From the NCBI GenBank assembly GCA_040081625.1, contig JBEBGD010000021.1, positions 1 through 62,833 of the forward strand: a stretch of DNA of 62,833 bases, given 5' to 3'. The DNA comes from Chthoniobacteraceae bacterium (GTDB lineage: Bacteria > Verrucomicrobiota > Verrucomicrobiia > Chthoniobacterales > Chthoniobacteraceae). The position numbers and the translations under genes are program-made. Below the pieces are notes generated by a model that saw nothing but the letters and a program-made list of their open reading frames with translations, was not told the origin of the DNA and did no database searches. Shown here one piece after another: positions 31,622-42,367 of this stretch (its first letter is position 1; each line of letters starts with the position of its first letter).

Positions 31622-33172
31622 ATGCCTCCCGGCTTCCCACGCATCCTCCTTTCTGCTGTCGCGCTCGCATTCGCGGCGTCCACCTTCGCGGCTCCGCCGA
31701 AAGCGGACGAGATCGACGATCCGTCGAAGCCGGTGAGCTACTTCAAAAAGATCCGCCCGATCTTTCAGGCGAACTGCCAGGGCTGCCATCAGCCGGCGAA
31801 GGCGAAGGGCGACTACGTGATGACCGATTTCGCGAAGCTGCTGCGCGGTGGTGAGAGCGCGGCGAAGGGCGAACTCGCGGTGGTGCCGAAGGATCCGGAG
31901 AAGTCGCTGCTCATGAAGCAGATCACGCCGGTCAACGGCGAGGCGGAGATGCCGCCGAAGGAAAAGCCGCTGCACGAAATGGAGGTCGCACTCATCCGCC
32001 GCTGGGTGAGTGAAGGCGCGATCGACGACACGCCGGAGAATGCGAAGCAGCGTTTCGACCTCGAACACCCGCCGCTCTACTCGCGTCCGCCGCTGGTCAC
32101 GTCGGTCGATGTCTCGCCCGATGGCTCGCTTCTCGCGATCGCCGGTTTCCACGAGGTGCTGCTGTGGAAGGCGGATGGTTCGGAGCGGGTCGCGCGGCTC
32201 ATCGGGCTGAGCGAGCGCATCCAGACCGTGCGCTTTTCGCCCGATGGAAAGAAGCTCGCCGCGTGCGGCGGCCGCCCGGCGCAGATGGGCGAGGTGCAAA
32301 TCTGGGACGTGGAAAAGCGCGCGCTGCTGCTCTCGATCCCGTTCGGCTACGACACGGTCTATGGCGTGAGTTGGTCGCCCGACGGCAAGCTCGTGAGCTT
32401 CGGCGCGAGCGACAACACGCTGCGCGGCTTCGACGCGGCGACCGGCAAGCAGGTGCTCCAGCAGGGCTCGCACAGCGACTGGGTGCTCGACACCGCCTTC
32501 ACGCACAAGGGCGACAAGGTGCTCAGCGTCGGTCGCGACATGAGCACGAAGCTGACCGAGGTCGCCACGCAGCGCTTCATCGACAACATCTCATCCATCA
32601 CGCCCGGCGCGCTCCGCGGCGGACTGCACGCCATCGCGCGGCATCCGCAGCGCGAGGAGTTCATGATCGGTGGCAGCGACGGCATCCCGCAGGCCTATCG
32701 CATCGAGCGCAAGGTGCAGCGCCGCATCGGCGACAACGCACTGTGCATCCGCAAATGGCCGGCGATGGCGGGCCGGCTCTATGCCGTCGATTTCGCGCCG
32801 GACGGGAAGTCCTTCGTCGCGGCCAGTTCGCTCGACGGGCAGGGCGAGGTGAATTTCTACAACTACGACATGAGCACCGAGATGCCCGCGGACATGCTGG
32901 CGATCGAGAACAAAGCCGACGGCAGCCGCACCCCCGAGGACAAGGCGAAGCTCGAAGCCTACTACGCGAGCGACACGAAGCTGCTAGGCAGCGCGAAGTT
33001 TGGCGGCGGTATCTACGCCCTGCACTACACGCACGACGGCAGGCAGGTCATCGCCGCCGGTGAAGACGGCAAGGTGCGCTTCATCGACGCCGCGACCGCG
33101 AAGGTCGTGAAGGAAATCATCCCCGTGCCGATCGTCGCCGACGCCGGCCCCTCGCCGACCGCCGCCAAATAA
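31622..33172 (+). CDS. Planctomycete-type cytochrome c (PSCyt1) + WD40 repeat protein
   Basis: VSYFKKIRPIFQANCQGCH heme motif..EMPP..WVSEGA; WD40 repeats (FSPDG, WSPDG). Confidence 0.88.
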   Translation: MPPGFPRILLSAVALAFAASTFAAPPKADEIDDPSKPVSYFKKIRPIFQANCQGCHQPAKAKGDYVMTDFAKLLRGGESAAKGELAVVPKDPEKSLLMKQITPVNGEAEMPPKEKPLHEMEVALIRRWVSEGAIDDTPENAKQRFDLEHPPLYSRPPLVTSVDVSPDGSLLAIAGFHEVLLWKADGSERVARLIGLSERIQTVRFSPDGKKLAACGGRPAQMGEVQIWDVEKRALLLSIPFGYDTVYGVSWSPDGKLVSFGASDNTLRGFDAATGKQVLQQGSHSDWVLDTAFTHKGDKVLSVGRDMSTKLTEVATQRFIDNISSITPGALRGGLHAIARHPQREEFMIGGSDGIPQAYRIERKVQRRIGDNALCIRKWPAMAGRLYAVDFAPDGKSFVAASSLDGQGEVNFYNYDMSTEMPADMLAIENKADGSRTPEDKAKLEAYYASDTKLLGSAKFGGGIYALHYTHDGRQVIAAGEDGKVRFIDAATAKVVKEIIPVPIVADAGPSPTAAK

Positions 33173-33180
33173 TTTTGCCC

Positions 33181-36100
33181 ATGAAACGAATCGTTCTCAG
33201 CCTCCTCACGACCGCCGCCTTCGCCGCCGAACCGGCGCCGATGCAAGCCGACAAGCCCGAGGCGCTGCCGAGGCAGCCCATCGCCGCCATCGAGGTCAAT
33301 CCCGCGAAAGTCGTCATCGGCGGCATCTTCGAGTCCGCGCAAATCCTCATCACCGCGAAGCTCGCGACCGGCGAGACCGCGGATGTGACGCGCCTCGCCT
33401 CGGTCAAGCTCAGCGGTGAGGCGGCCGCCATTTCTCCGCACGGAGCCGTGACTCCGCTCAAGAACGGGACTGCGAAGATCGACATCGAAGTCGCCGGCAA
33501 GCGCGCGAGCATCCCGGTGGAAGTGCGCGGCGTCGTCGAGTTGCCGAAGGTCGATTTCATCCGCGACGTGAACCCCGTGATGACCAAGGCCGGGTGCAAC
33601 GCGGGCACCTGCCACGGCGCGAAGGACGGGAAGTTTGGCTTCAAGCTCTCGCTGCGCGGCTACGATCCGCTCTACGACGTGCGCGCGCTCAAGGACGACC
33701 TCGCCGGGCGCCGCCTCAACGCCGCGCAGCCCGACGACTCGCTCATGCTGCTCAAGGCCACCGCCGGCGTGCCACACGAAGGCGGCCAGCGGTTCAAGGT
33801 CGGCGACAAGTATTACAACATCCTCCGCTCATGGATCGCCGATGGCGCGAAGCTCGACACGAAGGTGCCGCGCGTGACCTCGATCGAGGTGTATCCGCGC
33901 AATCCCGTCGTCCTCGAGATCGGCGCGTTGCAGCAGTTCCGAATCGTCGCCACCTACGCCGACGGGCGCATGCGCGACGTGACCGCCGAGGCCTTTATTG
34001 AGAGCGGCAACGGCGATGTCGCCGGCGTCGTGCCCGACGCGAATGGCCTCGCGATGACGCTGCGCCGCGGCGAGGCGCCCGTGCTCGCGCGCTACGAGGG
34101 CAGCTACGCCGCGACCACGCTCACCGTCATGGGCGACCGCACCGGCTTCGTCTGGAAACAGCCCGAGACGTGGAGCCGCATCGACGAACTCGTGGCCGCG
34201 AAGTGGCAACGGATGAAGATCGCGCCGTCGGGCTTGTGCACCGACGAGGAGTTCCTGCGTCGCGCGCACCTCGATCTCACCGGGCTGCCGCCGGGACCGG
34301 AGGAAGTGCGCGCCTTCATCGCCGACACCGCGCCGGCGCAGGAGAAACGCAGCGCGGTCATCGACAAGCTCATCGGCTCGCCGGTGTTCGTCGATCACTG
34401 GACGAACAAGTGGGCCGACCTGCTCCAGGTGAACTCGAAGTTCCTCGGCGGCGAAGGCGCGAAGGGATTCCGCGACTGGATTCGCGAGCAGATCGAGAAG
34501 AACGCGCCCTACGATCAGTTTGCCCGCGCGATCCTCACCGCGACCGGCTCGAACAAGGAAAACCCCGCGGCATCGTATTGGAAAATCCTCCGAGATCCGG
34601 CCGAGACGATGGAGAACACGACGCACCTTTTCCTCGCCACGCGCTTCAACTGCAACAAATGCCACGATCATCCTTTCGAGCGCTGGACGCAGGATCAGTA
34701 TTACACGCTCGGCGCCTACTTCTCGCAGGTCGGGTTCGATCGCGATCCCGCGAGCGGCAAGGCCGTGATCGTCGGCACGGCCGTCGAGAAGGCGAAGCCG
34801 CTGTGGGAAATCGTGAAGGATACCGGGGCGGGCGAAATGATCCACCTGCGCACGAACCAGCCTGCGCCACCGGCATTCCCCTACACGGCGAGGACGGACG
34901 AGAAGGGCACGCGCCGCGAGCAACTCGCCGGATGGCTCACCTCCGCGGATAATCGCTACTTCGCATCGAGCTACGTGAACCGGCTGTGGGGCTATCTCAC
35001 CGGTGCGGGAATCATCGAGCCGCTCGACGACACGCGCGCCGGCAATCCGCCGACGAATCCCGAACTGCTCGACTACCTCACGCGCGAGTTCATCGACTCC
35101 GGCTTCGACGTGCGCCACGTGCTCGCGCTCATCGCCAAGTCGCGCACCTACCAGCTCGCCATCTCGACGAACAAGTGGAACGAGGACGACAAGACCAACT
35201 ACTCGCACGCGCTCGCGCGCCGGCTTCCCGCCGAGGTGCTCTACGACGCCGTGCTCAAGGTCACGGGCTCCGGCGCAAAACTCCCCGGCGGCCAGCGCGC
35301 TCAGCTCCTCGCCGACGGCCAGACCGACCTGCCGAGTGGCTTCCTCGCAAATCTCGGGAAGCCGCCGCGCGAGAGCGCCTGCGAGTGCGAGCGCAGCAAC
35401 GAACTGCGGCTGGGCTCGGTGATGGCGCTGCTCGGCGGGCCCGCCGTGGGTGACGCGATCGGCGACCCGAAGAACGAGATCGTGAAGCTCGTCGCCAGCC
35501 AGCCCGACGATGCAAAGCTCGTGGACGAACTCTTCATGCGCGTGCTCAACCGCGCGCCCGGAGCCGGCGAAGTGAAGAAGACGCTCGATGCGTGGGCTTC
35601 GGTCGAGCGCGACCACCAGCACCTCACCGCCGCGCGGGACGCGAAGGAATCCGAGCAGGCGCCGATCATCGCGAAGATGGAGGCCGATCGCGTCGCTGCC
35701 ATCGACGCCGCGAAGAAGGAGCTCTCACGCTTTGAAGCCGAGATCGCGCCGAAGATCGCCGAAGCGGAGAAGAAGCGGCAGGCCGACATCGCCGCCGCCG
35801 ACAAGGCCGCGAAGGACTACGAGAAGACGAAGCTCGCCGCGGCGCAGACGAAGTTCGAGCAGACGGTGCCCGTCGCGCGCACCTACACCGGCTGGCAATT
35901 GCTCGACCCCGCCACACTTACCGCCTCAAACCTCGGCACGCTCGCGAAGCAGCCCGACGGCTCGATCAAGGCGGGTCCGACGCTTCCGAAGACGACCGAC
36001 TACACCGTTGTCGCGGACTCGAAGCTCGAAGGCATCACCGGCTTCCTGCTCGAGGTGCTGCCCGACGCCGAGGCGGCGAATTTCGGTCCCGGTCGTGCGA

Positions 36101-36789
36101 ATGGGAACTTCGTGCTCGGCGAGTTTTCGCTGAAGGCCGGTGCGGTGAAAGGCAACCCGAGCGAGGAGATCGAGTTCATCAACGCGATTGCGGATTTCTC
36201 GCAGGAGAAGTTCGACGTGAAGGGCGCGATCGACGGGAAGAAAGGCGACGCCAACAACGGCTGGGCGGTCGGTCGCGCGGAAGGCGTGCCGCACTTCGCT
36301 GCGTTCCAGCTCAAGAAGCCGCTGGGCAATGCGAAGGACGGCATGCGGCTTCGCTTCGAGTTGAACCAGCCGCGCAATCCGAACTTCTCGATCGCGCGCT
36401 TCCGCCTGTGGGCGACGACTTCGCAGCAACCGCTCAACGTCGGCCTGCCGCTCGCCGTCGCCGAGGCGCTGAAGAAACCCGGCCAGGCGCGCACCAAGGA
36501 CGACAATACCGCGCTCGCCGCGTATTGGAACGGGAGCGACCCGGACCTCCGCAAGCTGCGCCTCGCGCTCGGCAAAAATCAACTCCCGCAGCCGGTCGAT
36601 CCCGGCGTCGTCGAGCGAAAAGCCGCGGTCGTGAAATCGGAACTTCCCGTCCGGCTTGACCCGAAGCTCGTCCAGCTCCGCGCCGACGTGGAGCAATCCA
36701 AGCAGCAGATCGCAAATCACCGACTCACCGGCGCACAGGATCTCGTGTGGGCGCTCGTGAATACGCCCGCGTTTCTGTTCAACCGCTGA
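33181..36789 (+). CDS. Ig-like (Big_2) + DUF1549 (PSCyt2) + DUF1553 (PSD1) protein
   Basis: GCNAGTCHG, FLRRAHLDLTG, FNCNKCHDHPFERWTQ, VNRLWGYL, NPPTNPELLDYL, RESACECER, DLVWALVNTPAFLFNR. Confidence 0.9.
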   Translation: MKRIVLSLLTTAAFAAEPAPMQADKPEALPRQPIAAIEVNPAKVVIGGIFESAQILITAKLATGETADVTRLASVKLSGEAAAISPHGAVTPLKNGTAKIDIEVAGKRASIPVEVRGVVELPKVDFIRDVNPVMTKAGCNAGTCHGAKDGKFGFKLSLRGYDPLYDVRALKDDLAGRRLNAAQPDDSLMLLKATAGVPHEGGQRFKVGDKYYNILRSWIADGAKLDTKVPRVTSIEVYPRNPVVLEIGALQQFRIVATYADGRMRDVTAEAFIESGNGDVAGVVPDANGLAMTLRRGEAPVLARYEGSYAATTLTVMGDRTGFVWKQPETWSRIDELVAAKWQRMKIAPSGLCTDEEFLRRAHLDLTGLPPGPEEVRAFIADTAPAQEKRSAVIDKLIGSPVFVDHWTNKWADLLQVNSKFLGGEGAKGFRDWIREQIEKNAPYDQFARAILTATGSNKENPAASYWKILRDPAETMENTTHLFLATRFNCNKCHDHPFERWTQDQYYTLGAYFSQVGFDRDPASGKAVIVGTAVEKAKPLWEIVKDTGAGEMIHLRTNQPAPPAFPYTARTDEKGTRREQLAGWLTSADNRYFASSYVNRLWGYLTGAGIIEPLDDTRAGNPPTNPELLDYLTREFIDSGFDVRHVLALIAKSRTYQLAISTNKWNEDDKTNYSHALARRLPAEVLYDAVLKVTGSGAKLPGGQRAQLLADGQTDLPSGFLANLGKPPRESACECERSNELRLGSVMALLGGPAVGDAIGDPKNEIVKLVASQPDDAKLVDELFMRVLNRAPGAGEVKKTLDAWASVERDHQHLTAARDAKESEQAPIIAKMEADRVAAIDAAKKELSRFEAEIAPKIAEAEKKRQADIAAADKAAKDYEKTKLAAAQTKFEQTVPVARTYTGWQLLDPATLTASNLGTLAKQPDGSIKAGPTLPKTTDYTVVADSKLEGITGFLLEVLPDAEAANFGPGRANGNFVLGEFSLKAGAVKGNPSEEIEFINAIADFSQEKFDVKGAIDGKKGDANNGWAVGRAEGVPHFAAFQLKKPLGNAKDGMRLRFELNQPRNPNFSIARFRLWATTSQQPLNVGLPLAVAEALKKPGQARTKDDNTALAAYWNGSDPDLRKLRLALGKNQLPQPVDPGVVERKAAVVKSELPVRLDPKLVQLRADVEQSKQQIANHRLTGAQDLVWALVNTPAFLFNR

Positions 36790-36800
36790 CCGAGCGGCCG

Positions 36801-38276
36801 CTACGCGTATAGCGCCGAGACCGGCTTCGCCTTCACCAGCTCGCGCGGCTGGTTGAGATGATTATAGACGATCGTCTCCGGGTCAATGCCGACCGAGTTG
36901 TAGATTGTCGCGAGCAGTTCGCACGGATGGACCGGGTCGCTCTTCGGGCTGGAGCCCGTAGCGTCGCTCTCGCCGTGGACGTAGCCGCGTTTCGTGCCCG
37001 CGCCGGCGACCATCGCCGTGTAGCAGTAAGGCCAGTGATCGCGACCGTCGGAGCTGTTGATGTTGCCGCTGGTGCTTACGCCTTTCTCCGGGCTGCGTCC
37101 GAATTCGCCGAGCGCGACGATGATCGTCTCGTCGAGCAGGCCGCGAGCTTCCATGTCCTCGATGAAAGCGGTGAAGCCCTTGTCGAGCATCGGCGCGGCC
37201 TGATCCTTGATGCGCGTGGTAAGGCCCGTGTGCATGTCCCAGGAATGGTTGTCGGAGTTGGCGACCTTTGGCCAGATGACTTCGACGACGCGTGTGCCCG
37301 CCTCGACGAGGCGACGTGCGAGCAGCAGCGACTGGCCGAAGGTGTTCATGCCATAGCGCTCGCGCATCTGCTCGCTCTCGCGGTCCATCTCGAAAGCCTC
37401 GCGCGCCTTGCCGCTGACGATGAGGGTGAGCGCTTTGTCGTAGTATTCGTCGAGGTTGTATTGCGCGACAGCCTTGTCGATCTCGGGCATCGAGTCCTCG
37501 ATCGCGTCGCGCAACCGGGCACGGCGCTCGAGGCGCTGGGCGAAGACATCGGGCCGCAGCTTGAGGTCATCGACCTTCACCCGGTTCATCTTCGTCATGT
37601 CCAGATCGTCGCCCTCGGGGAAGAGCGTATAGGGATCGAACGCCTTCCCGAGGAAGCCCGCGCCGCCACCCTTGCCGATGACGTTGGATTCCTGGAGAGG
37701 CCGTGGGAGTTGCACGAAGGGAAGCACCGGATCGGTCGGCGGTTTCAGCCGGATGATGTTAGAGCCGAAGTTCGGGAAGTCTTTTGCGTTCGGCGGCTCG
37801 AGCTGCCCGCTCGGGGACACCTTGTCCGTGGTGTAGCCAGTCATGAGCTGGTAGATCGCCGCAGTGTGATTGAAGAGCCCGTTCGGTGTGTAGCCCATCG
37901 AGCGGATCATCGAGAACTTGTCGTTGATCCCCGCCAGCTTCGGCAGCAACTCGGTGAAATTGACGCCCGGGATCTTCGTCTTGATCCGCTTGAACGGACT
38001 CGACATTTTGTCCGGCAAATTCTCCTTCGGATCCCACAGGTCGAGGTGCGATGGCCCGCCCTGGAGATAGACCATCACCACGCTCTTTGCCTTGCCCCAG
38101 CCCACCGGCCCTTTGCCGGCACCGAGGGCCGCGCGTGCGCGGCCTTGGAGCGAGAAGACCGAGCCGAGCGTCAGCCCCATGAGGGCGCTGCCGCCGACGC
38201 GGATGAGATCGCGACGAGTGATGCCGAGGTGCGGATCGCACAGGTCACGGCCGGGTTGTCCAGGGATTCGGATCAT
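36801..38276 (-). CDS. DUF1501 domain protein (Tat-like leader)
   Basis: [49 protein letters not shown]. Confidence 0.92.
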   Translation of the reverse strand: MIRIPGQPGRDLCDPHLGITRRDLIRVGGSALMGLTLGSVFSLQGRARAALGAGKGPVGWGKAKSVVMVYLQGGPSHLDLWDPKENLPDKMSSPFKRIKTKIPGVNFTELLPKLAGINDKFSMIRSMGYTPNGLFNHTAAIYQLMTGYTTDKVSPSGQLEPPNAKDFPNFGSNIIRLKPPTDPVLPFVQLPRPLQESNVIGKGGGAGFLGKAFDPYTLFPEGDDLDMTKMNRVKVDDLKLRPDVFAQRLERRARLRDAIEDSMPEIDKAVAQYNLDEYYDKALTLIVSGKAREAFEMDRESEQMRERYGMNTFGQSLLLARRLVEAGTRVVEVIWPKVANSDNHSWDMHTGLTTRIKDQAAPMLDKGFTAFIEDMEARGLLDETIIVALGEFGRSPEKGVSTSGNINSSDGRDHWPYCYTAMVAGAGTKRGYVHGESDATGSSPKSDPVHPCELLATIYNSVGIDPETIVYNHLNQPRELVKAKPVSALYA

Positions 38277-38395
38277 GATGAGCGGGATTGTTCGGGTTAA
38301 TGACGCTGAGTCAACGCGCGAGAACCCGTGCAGCCGGGTGGGCTTAGGCTGGGGGTGGGATTGTGCAAACCACCCGCGCATCGGGTGAAGGCGGA

Positions 38396-38469
38396 TGGCT
38401 GGCCGACTAGGAATCGAACCTAGACTAGAGGAATCAAAATCCCCTGTGCTACCACTACACCATCGGCCA
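38396..38469 (-). tRNA. tRNA-Gln(TTG)
   Basis: Reverse complement TGGCCGA TG GTGTAGTGGTAGCAC A GGGGA TTTTGAT TCCTC TAGT CTAGG TTCGATT CCTAG TCGGCCA G CCA: full cloverleaf with encoded CCA. Confidence 0.97.
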
Positions 38470-38480
38470 AAGCGGGCGGC

Positions 38481-38509
38481 GATTTAGCGCGCGCTTCCGC
38501 GCTTTGCAA
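38481..38509 (-). promoter_or_regulatory. Putative sigma-70 promoter of tRNA-Gln
   Basis: Minus strand TTGCAA-17 bp-TAAATC followed by a GC-rich discriminator. Confidence 0.5.
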
Positions 38510-38517
38510 GCGATGCG

Positions 38518-40059
38518 CTACACCCGCGACACGAGCGAGTGCCCGCTCATCTCCGCGGGCTGCGGCAGGCCGAGCAGCGCGAGCAGCGTCGGCGCGACAT
38601 CGGCGAGGATGCCGTCTTCACAGCGACACTGCGCGGCGTCGTCGGCGACGTAGAGGAAGTGGACGAGGTTCGTCGTGTGTGCGGTGTTCGGGCTGCCGTC
38701 CGGGTTGCGCATCAGCTCGCAATTGCCGTGATCGGCGGTGAGCAGCAGCTTGCCGCCGAGGCTCAGCGTCTTCTCGACGACCTGCCGCACACAGTCGTCG
38801 ATCACTTCGACGGCTTTGATCCCCGCTTCGACGACGCCGGTGTGTCCAACCATGTCCGGGTTGGCGAAGTTGAGGATTACAAGGTCGTATTCGGGCAGCA
38901 CCTCGAGGACTTTCGCGGTGACCTCCGGCGCGCTCATCTGCGGCTTGTGATCGTAGGTTGGGACGTCCTTCGGGCTCGGGATGATCTGCCGATCCTCGCC
39001 AGGGAACTGAGTCTCGACGCCTCCGTTAAAAAAATAGGTCACGTGCGGATACTTCTCGGTCTCGGCGATGCGGAGCTGCCTGAGCCCCGCGTGGCTCACG
39101 ACTTCGCCGAGGATGTTCGCGAGCGATTGCGGCGTGAAGACGACGGGCACGCCATAGGTCGCGTCGTATTCGGTAAGCGTGACGTAGTGAACGCGCGGGA
39201 GCTTCTCCCGCTCGAAGCCGGGCCAGTCCGAGCGAATGAACGCGACCGAGAGCTGCCGCGCGCGGTCGGCGCGGAAGTTGAAGAACATGACGACATCCGC
39301 ATCGCGCACGCGCTGCTCGTCGGCGTGGGCGAAGATGATCGGCTGGAGAAACTCATCGCCGCGCGGCTCCATTGCATACGCCGCGCGCACGGCATCGGCC
39401 GGCGCGAGCGTCGAGCGTTCCCCGCGCCCGAGCACGATCGCGTCCCACGCGAGCTTCGTGCGTTCGCCGCGATGATCGCGATCCATCGCGAAGTAACGCC
39501 CGATTACCGTCGCGATCACGGCGCCCGTCGGCGCGAGATCGGCACTGAGCTTCGCCAAATAATCCGCCCCGCCCTTGGGCGAGGTGTCGCGCCCGTCGGT
39601 GATCGCGTGGACCATGATGTCCTCGACACCCGCTGCCTTCGCCGCCGCGCAAAGCGCGACGAGGTGGTCCTGGTGCGAGTGGACGCCTCCATCGCTGACG
39701 AGCCCGATGAAGTGCAGCCGCCGTCCCTTCGCGTGCCCGAGTGTCTCGACGAGCACCGGATTCTTCACCAACTCGCCGTCGGCGATCGCCTTGTTAATCC
39801 GCGTGAGATCCTGATACACGATCCGCCCCGCGCCGAGATTGAGATGGCCGACTTCCGAGTTGCCCATCTGCCCATCGGGCAACCCCACATCCATGCCGCT
39901 CGCGCTGAGCGTGCTGCCGGGAACCGTGGCGTAGATGCGATCGTGAAACGGCGTTTTCGCGAGAAGCGTCGCATCTCCGTTGGCTTCCGCTTGAGCACGA
40001 CCGCCGGGGTTGATCCCCCAGCCGTCGCGGATGATGAGCACGACAGGTTTTTTCGACAT
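38518..40059 (-). CDS. gpmI: 2,3-bisphosphoglycerate-independent phosphoglycerate mutase
   Basis: RDGWG, GQMGNSEVGH, SDGGVHS, AETEKYPHVT, DMVGHTG, TADHGN. Confidence 0.97.
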   Translation of the reverse strand: MSKKPVVLIIRDGWGINPGGRAQAEANGDATLLAKTPFHDRIYATVPGSTLSASGMDVGLPDGQMGNSEVGHLNLGAGRIVYQDLTRINKAIADGELVKNPVLVETLGHAKGRRLHFIGLVSDGGVHSHQDHLVALCAAAKAAGVEDIMVHAITDGRDTSPKGGADYLAKLSADLAPTGAVIATVIGRYFAMDRDHRGERTKLAWDAIVLGRGERSTLAPADAVRAAYAMEPRGDEFLQPIIFAHADEQRVRDADVVMFFNFRADRARQLSVAFIRSDWPGFEREKLPRVHYVTLTEYDATYGVPVVFTPQSLANILGEVVSHAGLRQLRIAETEKYPHVTYFFNGGVETQFPGEDRQIIPSPKDVPTYDHKPQMSAPEVTAKVLEVLPEYDLVILNFANPDMVGHTGVVEAGIKAVEVIDDCVRQVVEKTLSLGGKLLLTADHGNCELMRNPDGSPNTAHTTNLVHFLYVADDAAQCRCEDGILADVAPTLLALLGLPQPAEMSGHSLVSRV

Positions 40060-40198
40060 TGGGGCCGGAGAAAAGCAGAGGTGGCCCGTGTGCGAAAGCG
40101 TTCATCGCGCGGGTGGGCGTCGCCGGGCGCTGGCAGCCACGATGAAAATGGAGGTTTGAACCGCGGGTTTCGCGGGAAGCCCGACGCGCCTTCGCGAG

Positions 40199-41956
40199 TC
40201 AGCCAAGCAAGACTCCCCCGGCCAGCACGCGCTTGATCATGCGTTTGCCGTCCTTGAGCACGAAGGTGAACTCGTTCGCGGTGAGTGGGCCATCGACGAT
40301 GAGCTGGCTGCTTTGCTCGGCGATCTTCTCGCGTTCCTTCTCGATCCACTTTTCGAGCTCGGGCATCGGCGTCGCGCTCTCTCGCCAGAATTCGTGTCTG
40401 TCGAAAGGCAGCTCGCGCAACCGCGGAATGACGAACTGGGGGTCGAGGAAGGCGAGAAGGTTGCCGGCTTTCGGGCCGCTGGCTTTGTCGAGCAGCACGC
40501 GGTAGAGCGCCTTGAATGCGGCGGGTTGGTCGATCGGAGTGATGCGCGCGACTTCGAAGATCTTCGCCTGGAGTGCGTCGTCTTCCCATGCCGTGCTGGG
40601 GAGCGCGTCGGCGAGTGCGTGCATGAACGCGCGCTGCGCGTGCGAGAGTTCCTGCGCTCGGGCGGGGAGGATTTCCTGGAGGCGCGTCTTCTCGTCTTCG
40701 CCGGCGAAGCGCTCGACCCACACATTCGCGGAGCGGATGCGCGCGTCGAGGTGATGGCGCTCGATGTCGGTGAGCGGACGACCGACGCGCTTCGCGATTT
40801 CCTTCCCCGTGTCGAGATGCGGGAGCTGAACGAGCGCGGAGACGAGCTGGAAATTCGCGGTCGCGTAGGCGCCGTCGGGACGCAGCTCCGCGAGGCGATA
40901 GACGCAGGCTTCGTCCGCGGTCGCCGTGCCGGTGGTCGCGCGCTGCTGGTATCGGTCGAACTCGTTGAAGAGCTTCACGATCCCGTCCTCGTGAACGTCG
41001 AAGTTCACGGGCGAGTTCGGCTTCGTGCGGATCATCAGGAAGCGCAGCAACTCCGGCGGCAGCAGGTCCGCCATGTCGCGCGCACTCGCGCCGACGCCGC
41101 GGCTGCTGCTCATCTTCGCGCCGCCGACGAGGAAGAATTCATACGGCACGCGGAGCGGCGGCTCGATGCCGTAGATCGCGCGCAGGCACGCCTCGCTCAC
41201 GTCGCGCGAGCCGCCCTTGGTGCTGTGATCCTTGCCCGCGCCTTCGATGGTGACGGGAAATTTTAACCACTTCGCGACCCACTCGAGTTTCCACGGCAGC
41301 TTGCCGCGCCCGTCGAAGGGCGACACCGCGCCTTCATGTCCGCAGCCCTTGCCGAGGTTGAGCTTCGTGTTCACCACGCGATCGGGCCGGCAGCGGTAGT
41401 GGACGAGCGCGCCGTCGTATTTGCTGACCTCGGTCGTCGCGACGCAGCCGCACTGCTCGCAGATGACCTGGAAGGGATGCCAGTGCTCGGGCCGGTCGGA
41501 GTTCGACACGTCTTTATATACGCGACGCACTTTGTCGGCGTTGCGCAGGATCATGTCGATCGGCTCGTTGAAAGTGCCCGCGCGATAAATGTCGCGCATC
41601 CGGTAGCGCTCCACCTCGACGCCGAGTTCGGCGAAGACCTGCCAGAACTCGCGCATGTAGTGCTCCGCCATGTCGCCCTCGCCGCCGCCGGGCGCGGGCG
41701 TGTTGCACAGCGGCCAGCCGATGTATCTGCCGAAGTGCTCGTCCTCGCCTTTCGGGATTTCGTCCACGGGATCGAAGTCATCGACGCCGTAGAGATACTT
41801 CGCCTCCTTTCCCTTCTCGCGCAGCGTGCGGCAGATGGCGTCGTGAATGAGCACGCCGCGCAGCGCGCCGACGTGCACGCGGCCGCTCGGCGTCTTCGAG
41901 TCGTTAATGATCTGCGGGCCGCTCACGCGTTCCGCAATGTCTTCGGTCCAGAACAT
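40199..41956 (-). CDS. lysS: Lysine--tRNA ligase, class I (LysRS1)
   Basis: HIGH-like PSGRVHVG, CEQCG Zn knuckle, GKLPWKLEW, GKDH, KMSSSRG. Confidence 0.92.
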   Translation of the reverse strand: MFWTEDIAERVSGPQIINDSKTPSGRVHVGALRGVLIHDAICRTLREKGKEAKYLYGVDDFDPVDEIPKGEDEHFGRYIGWPLCNTPAPGGGEGDMAEHYMREFWQVFAELGVEVERYRMRDIYRAGTFNEPIDMILRNADKVRRVYKDVSNSDRPEHWHPFQVICEQCGCVATTEVSKYDGALVHYRCRPDRVVNTKLNLGKGCGHEGAVSPFDGRGKLPWKLEWVAKWLKFPVTIEGAGKDHSTKGGSRDVSEACLRAIYGIEPPLRVPYEFFLVGGAKMSSSRGVGASARDMADLLPPELLRFLMIRTKPNSPVNFDVHEDGIVKLFNEFDRYQQRATTGTATADEACVYRLAELRPDGAYATANFQLVSALVQLPHLDTGKEIAKRVGRPLTDIERHHLDARIRSANVWVERFAGEDEKTRLQEILPARAQELSHAQRAFMHALADALPSTAWEDDALQAKIFEVARITPIDQPAAFKALYRVLLDKASGPKAGNLLAFLDPQFVIPRLRELPFDRHEFWRESATPMPELEKWIEKEREKIAEQSSQLIVDGPLTANEFTFVLKDGKRMIKRVLAGGVLLG

Positions 41957-42004
41957 AGGGGCGCGACCGTTAGCGCAGCGTGGCGTGATGTCGAGGGCGG
42001 CTGC

Positions 42005-42367
42005 TTACCTGAGCCCGAGCGCTGCGTTCCACTCGTCGGGTTTGAATCCGACAACGCCCGCGGACGGCGCGAGCACGAATGGTCGCTTTACGAGATTGCC
42101 GCGGCTCGCGAGCAGCGCGAGCGCTTCGTCCGTGGTCATCGTCGGCAGGCGATCCTTGAGGTTGAGCGCCTTGTAGTCCTGACCCGAAGTATTGAAGAGG
42201 CGGCGCAGCTCGCCGCTGACGTGTGCGAGCATTTTGCGCAGCTCGGCGACGGTCGGCGGTTGTTCGCGGATCGGCACGACTTCATGCGCGACACCGCGCT
42301 CAGCGAGGAACTTCAGCGCCTTGCGGCACGTCTCGCAGCCCGCGTAGGCATAGACGCGCAGCTTCAC
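42005..42367 (-). CDS. ArsC/Spx family protein
   Basis: GTG start overlaps the metF stop; CETCRKA, LFNTSG, LVKRPF. Confidence 0.88.
   Translation of the reverse strand: MKLRVYAYAGCETCRKALKFLAERGVAHEVVPIREQPPTVAELRKMLAHVSGELRRLFNTSGQDYKALNLKDRLPTMTTDEALALLASRGNLVKRPFVLAPSAGVVGFKPDEWNAALGLR

Noticed and set aside
38277..38470. tRNA-Gln as an integration site for an island
   Set aside because: No integrase, and I saw no duplicated tRNA 3' end in the window; flanking genes have core-like composition.
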